Positions 34,349 to 43,727 of a stretch of DNA of 64,000 nucleotides are shown in pieces. Below the pieces are notes generated by a model, which saw only the letters and a program-made list of their open reading frames with translations, was not told where the DNA came from and did not search any database. A program made the position numbers and the translations under genes. The first letter of the stretch is position 1. Every line of letters starts with the position of its first letter. The DNA is from a bacterium (GTDB taxonomy: Bacteria; UBP15; UBA6099): NCBI GenBank assembly GCA_029564595.1, contig JAKQPS010000037.1:72731-136730 (forward strand). Direction: 5' to 3'.

Positions 34349-35203
34349 TCATATTGTTTCAATATTCATCTGAAAAAACAATGGAAAATGGTCGGAAAAC
34401 TTCATCTTATCCGGTCTTCCATTCTTGTCTGCCAAAGAATCACCGCCAGTGGAACAAACGATGGACAAGCTTTCTTCATCAAAGTGTTTTACTAGAGACG
34501 GCCTAATGAGAACCTGATCGAAAGTGTGCCAGAACAACTCATCCATTCTTGATTTATTATAATAATGAGTTCCGGGAGGATTATCAACCGAGTTGCCCAT
34601 AAGCCGCCACATGGGGTTATAAAAAAACGTCGAGTCGTTGTTTCTTATGCTTCTTTGTTCCTTCAACACGATTCTTCTATCCATCACGGAGTGGAATGCG
34701 TCAAATGCTGTTAACCCAGTTTCAAAAGGATTCATATTGAAATCGCCGACAACGACGGTGCGCTTATGACCGCGTTCCGCCTCAAAGAACCTGATTTCGT
34801 TCATGGTTTCTCTTGAGTAGTATTCTTGATCGCTGTTCTCAGCATACAACTTGCTTGGCAGATGAATAGCCACAAGCAGGATCTCATCCCCGGTCGGCGG
34901 CCGCAACAAGATATTAGGCACGGAAAAACTTGACATTTGCGGCTCCTTAAAGAGCGGTTCGAAGCAGAATTCTGGATAGCGGTGAATAAACGTGATTCGG
35001 TCAAACTGTGGATATAATGCGAAATATTGTCGCTCTACCCCTCTGTTCAGCCATTCAACTATTTTGGAGTCTTCCGCGCCGTTTTCAGCAAGAATTAGAA
35101 CATCCACATCATAATCGTGACACAAACGGACGATCTGTTCAGTCAGGTCTCTTTTATAAGTATTCCAGAACAGGAATCGAGCCATGCGCGGATTATATAA
35201 CAA
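34349..35203 (-). CDS. Endonuclease/exonuclease/phosphatase (EEP, DNase I-like) family protein
   Basis: N-terminal FLFWNTY, VVVGDFNMNPFE (GDFN) and FSDHFPL (SDHxP) motifs of the EEP superfamily. Alternative start MARFLF at 35185, immediately preceded by TATATAAT (possibly leaderless). Confidence 0.65.
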   Translation of the reverse strand: MLYNPRMARFLFWNTYKRDLTEQIVRLCHDYDVDVLILAENGAEDSKIVEWLNRGVERQYFALYPQFDRITFIHRYPEFCFEPLFKEPQMSSFSVPNILLRPPTGDEILLVAIHLPSKLYAENSDQEYYSRETMNEIRFFEAERGHKRTVVVGDFNMNPFETGLTAFDAFHSVMDRRIVLKEQRSIRNNDSTFFYNPMWRLMGNSVDNPPGTHYYNKSRMDELFWHTFDQVLIRPSLVKHFDEESLSIVCSTGGDSLADKNGRPDKMKFSDHFPLFFQMNIETI

Positions 35204-35357
35204 ACAGTAATCGCTGAAAAGTCACCATGAGATTAAAAGGCAGCCTCGTTGCGGAATGTTTGTTAAATGGCAATGATGAGCAGAATCATTGTCGCGAGTT
35301 ACAGCAAGACTCAATTGAAAATGGCCGCACGTGGGTTTATTTCACAAACAAGAAAGA

Positions 35358-35468
35358 GCCGATTTCGAATTGAACGAAGTTCAACGAAATCGGCGCGCCA
35401 AGAGTTTTTTTCGGAAGGGGCGCGGGGAAACCTGTTTTTTGCAAAAAAATGGTTTCCCCGCAAACTTA
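35358..35468 (+). repeat. Family-2 palindromic repeat, copy 3 (full unit)
   Basis: GCCGATTTCG...CGAAATCGGC hairpin (compensatory C:G vs T:A relative to copy 2), then GCGGGGAAACCTGTTTTTTGCAAAAAAATGGTTTCCCCGC. Lies between the MBL gene stop and the EEP gene start. Confidence 0.8.
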
Positions 35469-35499
35469 TAAAAATCCGTTTACAGCAGCATGCGCGCCG

Positions 35500-36537
35500 T
35501 TATCGCGGCAGGAGGGCGGGTACGGAGACGCGCTCGCCCCACGCGGGGACGGCGTACGGCAGTCCGACCGCTCTCAAAACTCTGTAAACGTAACTGTATG
35601 GCCTGCGTCCCTCCACCGGATGTCCTATCTCATGCTCGTGTCCGGGAAGAATGAGAGCCGGCTTGATATAGTCGAGCAGCGGCTTCAGGTTCGGACACCA
35701 GATGTTGGGTATCAGCACGTCTATCTCCATCGGCGGCTTTATCTTTCTGTACCATTCCGAGCCGAGCCGCATGATGTTGTTCTCGTCTCCGAGATGCATT
35801 GCGGAAACGCCGTCTTTTGTCTTAATCAGATAGGAACTGCAAAGGTCTTTTTTCTGATAGCTTGGGAAGACGGTTGCGAGGACGCCGGGCAGTTCGATTT
35901 TTCCCTGACGGATCACCGTCAGTTCGTCGCGCCGCCTGTACTCTTTCCTCGCCGGTTCGGGGACGACCACTTTTTTCCCGGCGTCCAAGTACATGTCCCA
36001 AACGTCCCAGTCTACGTGGTCGCCGTGGTGGTGGGTGACGAGGAGGATGTCCGTTCGGGCGACGATGCGCTCGATTATCTCTCGCGGCGTCCTCACTATG
36101 CCCGGCCCCTGAATAAGGTCGACGGCGATGGCGGTTTCAGGAGTCTGGATTATCACAGTATGATTGTAAAGTTTCCAGATTACCGCTCCGGAACTGACGG
36201 TCGAAGCCTCGAAATCGGCGATGAACGCCTCCATGCGGCGGCGCAGGAAGTCCGCAGCGCAGGGCATGAGTTTCGCTTCGGGGTAGAGCAGGGCGTCGTC
36301 GATGAGTTTTAGTTTGGATTCTCGTTCGTCCTGATTCTCTGAAAGGGAAGGGCGGGTGTCCAGCCAAGCGGCCAGTTCGTCGAATTTCGGCGAGTATTCG
36401 GCGCAAGCCGCCTGTATGTCGGCGGTGGGTTGAGCATGGGCCGGCGTGGAGGCGGCAAAAATGGTTGCTGAAAGCAAAATAGCCGCTGCGGCCAGCGCCG
36501 CCGCGGTTGTCCGAATTGTCCTTTTCCTTCGATTCAT
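35500..36537 (-). CDS. Secreted MBL-fold metallo-hydrolase
   Basis: Signal peptide (MNRRKRTIRTTAAALAAAAILLSATIFAASTPAHA). LVTHHHGDHVDWDVWD zinc motif. Confidence 0.7.
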   Translation of the reverse strand: MNRRKRTIRTTAAALAAAAILLSATIFAASTPAHAQPTADIQAACAEYSPKFDELAAWLDTRPSLSENQDERESKLKLIDDALLYPEAKLMPCAADFLRRRMEAFIADFEASTVSSGAVIWKLYNHTVIIQTPETAIAVDLIQGPGIVRTPREIIERIVARTDILLVTHHHGDHVDWDVWDMYLDAGKKVVVPEPARKEYRRRDELTVIRQGKIELPGVLATVFPSYQKKDLCSSYLIKTKDGVSAMHLGDENNIMRLGSEWYRKIKPPMEIDVLIPNIWCPNLKPLLDYIKPALILPGHEHEIGHPVEGRRPYSYVYRVLRAVGLPYAVPAWGERVSVPALLPR

Positions 36538-36719
36538 CTTGTCGCCCCCTTGATTCTGTTAGAATCCCGTCCCCATTTTATTCGCAACCGGGCGCGCGGG
36601 CAACTTATTGAAAATTCGCGGGATGAAAAATGTATGAGAATTAACTATAATGCGGAAAGCCCCGCGCCGAGGGTTTGTGCGCGAGGCGGGCTAAGAACAG
36701 ACGAACCGGAGACCAAGGG

Positions 36720-37184
36720 ATGAACCCCGACAAGGAAAGAACATTGGTGATAGTGAAGCCGGACGGAGTGCAGCGCGGGTTGATAGGGGAAGTGGTATCG
36801 AGGCTGGAGCGGCGGGGGCTGAAGATAGTCGGCGTGAAGATGCTGAAGATGGACGACGGGCTGGCCGCGAAGCACTACGAGGCGCATGTCGGGAAGCCGT
36901 TTTACGAGCCGCTGGCGAAGTTCATGACAAGCTCGCCGGTTGTGGCGGTGGCGGCGCAGGGACGCGGGGCGGTAAGGCTGGTCAGGAATATGATGGGCGC
37001 TCTCTCTCCCGAAGAGTCCGCCGCCGGCACGATAAGGGGCGATTTCGCGGTCAGCAAAAGATACAATGTCGTCCACGGTTCGGACTCCCCCGAAAGCGGG
37101 GAGCGGGAAGTCTCCCTCTTCTTTTCGCCGGACGAGATTTTTGACTATGACAGGGACATTGACAACTGGCTGAGGCAGGAATGA
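36720..37184 (+). CDS. ndk: Nucleoside diphosphate kinase
   Basis: ERTLVIVKPDGVQRGLIGEV and NVVHGSDS (active-site His) motifs. Start at ATG 36720. Confidence 0.9.
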   Translation: MNPDKERTLVIVKPDGVQRGLIGEVVSRLERRGLKIVGVKMLKMDDGLAAKHYEAHVGKPFYEPLAKFMTSSPVVAVAAQGRGAVRLVRNMMGALSPEESAAGTIRGDFAVSKRYNVVHGSDSPESGEREVSLFFSPDEIFDYDRDIDNWLRQE

Positions 37185-37230
37185 AGCGAAAGGCCCGGCG
37201 TCGGGATGCGGACAGGTTGCAGGTGAAAAG

Positions 37231-38652
37231 ATGAGAATAACAAAAGCGACATCGGCGGCAGTTCTGGCGGCGGTTGTTATGGCGTTCGCGGCGGCGGGCG
37301 CGGCGCAGGCACAGGCGCGCCGCTCCATTGAGCAGGTTTTAAACGACCCGGTCCTCAAGCAGTCAACTGTCGCCTTGCTGGCCAAAGACCTCCGGACAGG
37401 CCAGACGCTGATAAGCATCAACGCGGACAGGATGATGATACCGGCGTCCAACATGAAGCTGGTGACGGGAGCGGCCGCCATGCTGGAGCTTGGCCCCGGC
37501 TTCAAATTTCACACGGATTTCATGACGAAGAATTTCAATCCGTCCACCGGGCTTTCGGACGGAATTTACGTTAAAGGATATGGAGATCCGAGCATATCGG
37601 ACAGGTTTTACGCGACCGCTGGGGAGGCGATGGACGCGCACGCGGCGCAACTGAAGAAGAACGGGTTCAAGGGCTTCAGCGGAGTGTTATGGCTTGACGG
37701 CTCGTTCATGGACAACATGCGTCCGGCAAGCTGGCCGCAGGAGGATTTATCGTGGTGCTACGCGCCGCGTCCCGGCGCTCTCTCGGCGGCGGGCAACTGC
37801 GCCCGCGTCACGGTGTCCGCCGGGGCTTCCTCCGCGAAGGCGACAATCGACCCGCCGCTCCATCCGTCTTTCTTCCGTGTCAGCCTGAAAGCGACGACCG
37901 GCAAAACAAGCGTAAAGGTGTCGCAGGATGAAAAAGGCGTGATAACGGTGAGCGGGTCGGTGAAGAAAAACACGAGCGCGAAGTACGAGCACACAGTGAG
38001 GAAGCCGACGCTGCTGTACGGAGCGGCGCTGCTCGGCGCGATGAAAAGGGCGGGGATGAAGGTTTCCGCCGACATGAGGGAGACCTCTGACCTGCCGCCG
38101 GGATATTCCGGTTTCGCGCGCGCCGTGTCGCCTGATCTGGCGGCGGTGACGGCGCAGATGGAGAAACACAGCGACAACTTCATAGCCGAGCAGATAGTGA
38201 GGACGATGGGAGGCCTCCGGGGGGCCTCGGACGCTCCCGGCGCGGCGGCGGTCGTCAAGGATATAATGGTTCGAGCGAACATGGCCGCCGCTTCGGATCT
38301 GACGGTTGTCGACGGCTCCGGGCTGTCGCGGGAAAACAGGCTTGCCCCCAAGGTGTTGCTAACGCTGCTGTCGTCGTTCTATAATTTCAATCCGGGCAGA
38401 CCGTTTCAAGACATGCTGGCGGAGCCGGGCGTAAAAGGCACGCTTGAGAAGCGGCTTGTGAATACGTCCGCCGCCGGAAGGTTGAAGGCAAAAACAGGCG
38501 CGCTGCGCGGGGCCTGCTCGCTCAGCGGATACATCCGCCCCGTCTACGGCGGCTCGGTGTCTTTCGTAATGATTATGAACGGCTACTCCGTTCATTCGAA
38601 CCAGATTAGGGCGCTTCAGGACGAATTGGTTCTGGCGCTCGTCGAGATGTAG
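37231..38652 (+). CDS. dacB: D-alanyl-D-alanine carboxypeptidase/endopeptidase, PBP4 (S13) family
   Basis: Signal peptide. PASNMKLVTGAAA (SxxK region). PBP4-family length and C-terminal block. Confidence 0.75.
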   Translation: MRITKATSAAVLAAVVMAFAAAGAAQAQARRSIEQVLNDPVLKQSTVALLAKDLRTGQTLISINADRMMIPASNMKLVTGAAAMLELGPGFKFHTDFMTKNFNPSTGLSDGIYVKGYGDPSISDRFYATAGEAMDAHAAQLKKNGFKGFSGVLWLDGSFMDNMRPASWPQEDLSWCYAPRPGALSAAGNCARVTVSAGASSAKATIDPPLHPSFFRVSLKATTGKTSVKVSQDEKGVITVSGSVKKNTSAKYEHTVRKPTLLYGAALLGAMKRAGMKVSADMRETSDLPPGYSGFARAVSPDLAAVTAQMEKHSDNFIAEQIVRTMGGLRGASDAPGAAAVVKDIMVRANMAAASDLTVVDGSGLSRENRLAPKVLLTLLSSFYNFNPGRPFQDMLAEPGVKGTLEKRLVNTSAAGRLKAKTGALRGACSLSGYIRPVYGGSVSFVMIMNGYSVHSNQIRALQDELVLALVEM

Positions 38653-38690
38653 GGAGGACCCGGACGCATAATCCGGGGACAACGGAAAAA

Positions 38691-39509
38691 ATGAGCGGCG
38701 ACACGAGGCCGATAGGCATATTCGATTCGGGAGTCGGGGGGCTTTCACTTCTGCGCGAGCTTGACGTGCTTATGCCCTATGAGGACTTCATATACGTCGG
38801 CGACACCGCTAGGATCCCCTACGGAGCCAAAACCGAACAGCAGATTATCAGCTACTCTCACGAGATAATGGACTTTCTTCGCCGCCGCGACTGCAAGATG
38901 ATAATCATCGCCTGCAACACGGTTACCGGCATGCTTACCGAGAGGGACCATATCGAATGCGAGGGAGCGCCGGTGGTCGGCATTATCAACTACGGCTGCA
39001 TCACCGCCGCCCTGTACGTCACATACAACTTCCGCATCGGCATCTGGGGCACTCAGCTTACCATCGACAGCGGCCTCTACAAAAGATACATGGACAACAT
39101 AGACCCGACGGTGAGGCTGTTCGCTCAGCCGTGCACCGATCTGGTGGCTCTCATAGAGCAGGGGGCCATCGGCTCTCCGGACACCCGCGACCTCACCGAA
39201 AACTACCTCAGGCCCATGCTCCGAGAGGACATCGACACTCTCGTGCTCGCGTGCACCCACCTGCCGTTTATCAGAGGGATTATTCAGGACATCGTCACCG
39301 CGGCTGTCACTCTCATCGACCCGGCCCGCAGAACCGCCGTTCTCTGCATGAAAGTCCTCACTGACAACAGGATAGCCCGCGCCGACCGCTGCGAGCTTGG
39401 GCGCAAACAGTTCTATGTCACCGGCGACCCCGACTCGTTCAAAGAGACCGGGCGGTTGCTCGTCGGGCGCATGGTGGACAGGGTGGAAAAAGTCGACCTG
39501 TCATCATAA
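38691..39509 (+). CDS. murI: Glutamate racemase
   Basis: IGIFDSGVGGLSLLREL, IIIACNTVT, LACTHLP signatures. Confidence 0.85.
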   Translation: MSGDTRPIGIFDSGVGGLSLLRELDVLMPYEDFIYVGDTARIPYGAKTEQQIISYSHEIMDFLRRRDCKMIIIACNTVTGMLTERDHIECEGAPVVGIINYGCITAALYVTYNFRIGIWGTQLTIDSGLYKRYMDNIDPTVRLFAQPCTDLVALIEQGAIGSPDTRDLTENYLRPMLREDIDTLVLACTHLPFIRGIIQDIVTAAVTLIDPARRTAVLCMKVLTDNRIARADRCELGRKQFYVTGDPDSFKETGRLLVGRMVDRVEKVDLSS

Positions 39510-39524
39510 GAAAGGAAAATAAGG

Positions 39525-40406
39525 ATGCCTTCGGAAAAAATATTGAAGATAGCGCTCCCCAAAGGGAGCCTTCAGGAAGCCACTTTCAAACTGCTCGAAC
39601 AGGCCGGCTACAGAGTGACCGCCGGCCCCCGCTCTTACGTGCTAATGTTCGACGACCCCTCAATGTCCGGTATGTTGTTCCGCGCTCAGGAAATCTCCCG
39701 CTACGTCGAGCAGGGCATCGTAGACGCCGGCATCACCGGGCACGACTGGATACTCGAAAACGGCTCCAAGGTGAAAGACGTGGCCGACCTCTTCTACGCC
39801 AAGAGCGGCTCCGGCAAAGTGCGCTGGGTTCTGGCCGCCCCGGAAAATTCATTAATTAAAAAACCGTCCGACCTCGAAGGCGGCAGAATCGCCACCGAGC
39901 TTGTTCAGGTGACAAAAAAATATTTCCGCAAACACGGCGTGAAGGTTAACGTCGAGTTCTCTTGGGGCGCCACCGAGATTAAAGTGCCGACGGTGGTGGA
40001 CGCCATAGTTGACTGCACGGAGACGGGCAGCTCGCTTCGCGCCCACAACCTTCGCATCGTGGACACCGTAATCGAATCGAACACGAAGATGATAGCCAAC
40101 AGGGAATCTTGGAAAGACCCGTGGAAGAGGCGGAAGATAGAAGACCTGACGCTGTTGCTGCTGGGGGCGCTGGACGCCAGACAGATGTCCGGCCTGAAGA
40201 TGAACCTGCCGTCGACCGCCATCGAAAGCGTGCGCGCCGCGCTTCCGGGCATGAAAAGCCCGACCCTCTCTCCGCTGTCGGCGGACGGGTGGTGCGCGCT
40301 CGAAGTTATTGTCGAAAAGAAGGTCGTGCGCGACATCATTCCGAGGCTCAAGCAGGCGGGAGCTTGCGATATCGTTGAATATCCGTTGTCAAAAGTGATA
40401 AAATAG
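39525..40406 (+). CDS. hisG: ATP phosphoribosyltransferase (long form)
   Basis: LKIALPKGSLQEATFKLLEQAGY N-terminus. 293 aa with C-terminal regulatory domain. Confidence 0.85.
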   Translation: MPSEKILKIALPKGSLQEATFKLLEQAGYRVTAGPRSYVLMFDDPSMSGMLFRAQEISRYVEQGIVDAGITGHDWILENGSKVKDVADLFYAKSGSGKVRWVLAAPENSLIKKPSDLEGGRIATELVQVTKKYFRKHGVKVNVEFSWGATEIKVPTVVDAIVDCTETGSSLRAHNLRIVDTVIESNTKMIANRESWKDPWKRRKIEDLTLLLLGALDARQMSGLKMNLPSTAIESVRAALPGMKSPTLSPLSADGWCALEVIVEKKVVRDIIPRLKQAGACDIVEYPLSKVIK

Positions 40407-40433
40407 TTACAGTTAATCGCGGGAGGTCCCGTT

Positions 40434-40643
40434 ATGTCTTATGACCAACTGAACCCCGTAGCTCTAGTGGCGATGTACATCGGACTGTTCGGGTGGCTCG
40501 CGGCCACCGGCATGTTCATCTACCGGGGCTTCAGGCGGGACGGCAGGCCCCGCTTCTCCAAAGCTCTTTTCTGGTTCGCGATGATATTCATCATGCTCGG
40601 CGTCTGGATCGCCGGGCTGGTGTATCTCGGCCACAACGCCTGA
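40434..40643 (+). CDS. Small two-TM membrane protein
   Basis: 69 aa with two hydrophobic helices separated by RGFRRDGRPR. Confidence 0.45.
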   Translation: MSYDQLNPVALVAMYIGLFGWLAATGMFIYRGFRRDGRPRFSKALFWFAMIFIMLGVWIAGLVYLGHNA

Positions 40644-40690
40644 CATCGCCGGCCAACCGGCAACCCCGTCATTAATCCGGAGAATAAGCC

Positions 40691-41731
40691 ATGACATTGC
40701 GCGCTCTGAAATACCTTGCGGCGACAGCGGTCGTTCTGGCTTTAGCGTTCGCCGCGCCCGCCCGCGCGCTTGTCCCGGCGGGAAGCCCGGCCCCTTCGTT
40801 CTCCTCCGTGAAGGACGCCGAAGGCGGCTCTTTCTCTCCCGCCGGCCTCGACGACGCGCACACATTGGTCGTTTTTTTCTCGGCTTATATCGACGGCGCG
40901 GCGGAAACGCTCAAGGGGCTAGACTCGTTGCGCAAACAAGCGCCTTTCGCTGGAAAAATCAATATGGTCGCGGTGAACATGGACCCGTCCCGCGACGCGG
41001 CAATCGCTTTTGCGAAGGAAAAAGATATCAGGGTCCGGCTCATAATCGACAACAATCTGGAGCTTGCCAACAAGTTCGGGGTGAGAAAACCCCCGGCGGC
41101 GTTCATAATCGGCCCGGACCGCGCGGTGAAATTCTCTTCGGACTCGCCGGGCGCTTCCGGCAGGTTCGGTCTGGAAAACAAGCTCGCCTCCATCCTTTCG
41201 GGCGGAAACGGCTCTAGCGCCGCTTCTCTCGAAAACGAATTCAAGGAAAAGAAACTCGTCGCCTCAGGAGCGTCGCTAATCAAAGTTTGTCCCTCGGACG
41301 GCAAGCTTCTTCTTTATGTGACCAACGACGGGATACTGTGGACCTACAATATCGGGACGGGAACGAGGAAGAATCTGGCGGCGGACGCGGCGGCGGCGGA
41401 CTGGTCTCCCGGCTGCGACTCGGTGGTCTACGCCAGAAAGAAAAAGGGCGACCTCTGGCTCAAGCCTCTGGACGAACCGGCGGAGATGCTTTCTTCCAGC
41501 GGCAGAAACCCCGCGTGGTCTCCGGCGGGCGACATGATAGCTTATCTGGACGGGGACTCGGTGTGGATTTACAATCTGCCCGATGAAAAGAAGTGGCAGA
41601 CCACCGCGGTGGGCGTGGGCGTTCAGTGGGCGCGCGGGGGAGCGCTAATTCTGGCGACGGATTCCAAAGGGCGCGCGTGGCTCGTTTCCCCTCTCTCCCG
41701 CGCTTCCCTCATCCAGAGAATTTTCAGATGA
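40691..41731 (+). CDS. Secreted thioredoxin-fold (redoxin-like, Cys-less) domain fused to TolB-like beta-propeller
   Basis: Signal peptide. AhpC/TSA-like fold blocks (TLVVFFSAYIDG..., FGVRKPPAAFIIGPDRAV) but no CxxC. C-terminal repeats (DWSPGCDSVVYA, NPAWSPAGDMIAYL) are TolB/WD40-like. Confidence 0.55.
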   Translation: MTLRALKYLAATAVVLALAFAAPARALVPAGSPAPSFSSVKDAEGGSFSPAGLDDAHTLVVFFSAYIDGAAETLKGLDSLRKQAPFAGKINMVAVNMDPSRDAAIAFAKEKDIRVRLIIDNNLELANKFGVRKPPAAFIIGPDRAVKFSSDSPGASGRFGLENKLASILSGGNGSSAASLENEFKEKKLVASGASLIKVCPSDGKLLLYVTNDGILWTYNIGTGTRKNLAADAAAADWSPGCDSVVYARKKKGDLWLKPLDEPAEMLSSSGRNPAWSPAGDMIAYLDGDSVWIYNLPDEKKWQTTAVGVGVQWARGGALILATDSKGRAWLVSPLSRASLIQRIFR

Positions 41732-41768
41732 AAGGGGCCTCGCTTCGCATAGCGGCGGGGTTCGGAAA

Positions 41769-42482
41769 ATGACGGACAACAAAGAAATCAAGATAGCGGC
41801 TGTTATAGCCGCCGCCGGAATCGGCGAAAGAATGAATGCGGGCTCTCCGAAAGCGTTCATCGAACTGGGCGGAAAACCCATCGTGTGGCATTCCGTCAAG
41901 ACTATCTCCATGATGCCCGAAATCGGCGCTGTGGTTCTTGCCGCCCCTCCGGGATGGATGGAAAAGGCCGCGAAGATGTTCGCGGACGAATTCCCGAACC
42001 TGTCAGTCGTCGAGGGCCGCGCTACCCGGCAGGAAACAGTGCGAAAAGCCCTCGAAGCTCTCCCCGCCGACACCACGATTGCTCTGATACACGACGGGGC
42101 CAGACCGCTCGCCACCCCGGAACTGTTCCGCGCCGTCATCGCCGGAGCCGTCGAACACGGGGCCTGCGTGCCTTCCATCCCCGTCGAGGAAACGGTCAAG
42201 AGAGTCAGGGGCGGCAACGTTTCGGAGACGCTCGACCGCAGCGAGATTCACATCGTCCAGACCCCTCAGGCGTTCTATTTCGAGTCCATACTCGAAGCCC
42301 ACGAGCTTGCGGAGGAACGGAAATGGCGGGCGACGGACGACGCCGCCCTCATCGAGCGTTTGGGCCGCCCGGTCGCGGTCGTTCCCGGCGAACCTTCAAA
42401 CATTAAAATCACCCGCCCCGCCGACCTTAAACTCGCCTCCAGCCTGCTGCCGGGCGCCGCTCACAAACTAGTTTGTGAGTGA
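41769..42482 (+). CDS. ispD: 2-C-methyl-D-erythritol 4-phosphate cytidylyltransferase
   Basis: AAVIAAAGIGERM signature. ~230 aa. Confidence 0.85.
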   Translation: MTDNKEIKIAAVIAAAGIGERMNAGSPKAFIELGGKPIVWHSVKTISMMPEIGAVVLAAPPGWMEKAAKMFADEFPNLSVVEGRATRQETVRKALEALPADTTIALIHDGARPLATPELFRAVIAGAVEHGACVPSIPVEETVKRVRGGNVSETLDRSEIHIVQTPQAFYFESILEAHELAEERKWRATDDAALIERLGRPVAVVPGEPSNIKITRPADLKLASSLLPGAAHKLVCE

Positions 42483-42671
42483 GAAGAAAAAAGACATTCA
42501 GCGGTGTGTCGTCCTACGGCTAGCGCTTCTGTTGATTGTCGGATAAACGGCTAAATTGATTATTCAGAAATATGTAACTTTAGTCACAAAAAACATTTGA
42601 ATCTCAATAAAATGTAATATAGAATAGACTGACGGCGATTGTTCAAGTTTTGGGAATTATACTTTGACATC

Positions 42672-43727
42672 ATGCGTCGTCGGGAGCTTGCTTTGGAAAC
42701 GGTGTCATGGGTAAAAAGCGGAGCGGTCAGGCTGATTGATCAGACGCTGCTTCCGAACAAACTCAAATATATCGAATTGAAGACGGTGGAGTCTGTCGCT
42801 GCGGCGATAGTGGGGATGAAGGTGAGGGGAGCGCCGGCGATAGGGGTGACAGCCGCTATGGGGATGGCGCTGGCGGCGGTCAAGTTTAAGGGGGCGGACA
42901 GGGGAAAGTTGAACGCGGCTCTGGAATCTGCGGCGGAGCTTCTGGCGTCTACAAGGCCGACTGCGGTAAATCTATTCTGGGCGCTGGCGAGAATGAAATC
43001 TGTCGCGGCAAAGAGCGGTTCGGTAGAGAATGTCAGGAAGGCGATGGTTGCTGAGGCGGAAAAGATAAGGCGGGAAGACGTGGAAGCCTGCCGGGCGATA
43101 GGGGAGTTCGGGGCGAAGTTGCTGAAAAGAAACAGCCGCGTTCTAACCCACTGCAACGCTGGAGGGCTGGCGACGGCGGGGTATGGCACGGCGCTGGGAG
43201 TGATACGCGCGGCGCGGGATGCCGGAAAGATAGAGCGGGTGTATGTGGACGAGACGAGGCCGTGGCTTCAGGGCGCGAAACTGACGGCATTTGAGCTGGC
43301 GATGGAGAAGATACCGGCGACATTGATATGCGACAACATGGCCGGGGCGCTGATGGCGCGCGGCGAAGTGGACGCGGTGGTGGTGGGGGCGGACAGGATA
43401 GCGGCGAACGGCGATTTCGCAAACAAGACCGGCACGTACGGTCTGGCGGTTCTTGCGCGGGCGCACGGTGTTCCTTTCTACGTGGCCGCTCCGGTGTCCA
43501 CGATAGACATGGCGACGCCGGACGGCGAGGGAATAGTGATAGAGACGCGGGACGAGCGAGAGATAAGGGCGTTCAACGGAGTGAAAATCTGTCCGGATGA
43601 AACTGAGGTCTATAACCCGGCGTTCGATGTCACTCCGGCGGAACTGGCGACAGCGATAATAACCGAGCGGGGGGCGGCGAAGGCTCCGAACGCGAACAAA
43701 ATAAAGAGATTGGCTTGCAAGAGATGA
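42672..43727 (+). CDS. mtnA: S-methyl-5-thioribose-1-phosphate isomerase (eIF-2B alpha/beta/delta family)
   Basis: LIDQTLLP...VRGAPAIGVTAAMG family signature. Start MRRRELA; the track ORF begins at 42639. Confidence 0.75.
   Translation: MRRRELALETVSWVKSGAVRLIDQTLLPNKLKYIELKTVESVAAAIVGMKVRGAPAIGVTAAMGMALAAVKFKGADRGKLNAALESAAELLASTRPTAVNLFWALARMKSVAAKSGSVENVRKAMVAEAEKIRREDVEACRAIGEFGAKLLKRNSRVLTHCNAGGLATAGYGTALGVIRAARDAGKIERVYVDETRPWLQGAKLTAFELAMEKIPATLICDNMAGALMARGEVDAVVVGADRIAANGDFANKTGTYGLAVLARAHGVPFYVAAPVSTIDMATPDGEGIVIETRDEREIRAFNGVKICPDETEVYNPAFDVTPAELATAIITERGAAKAPNANKIKRLACKR

Noticed and set aside
34801-35004. 67-aa ORF antisense within the EEP gene
   Set aside because: Fully nested antisense to a well-supported EEP-family ORF; no independent support.
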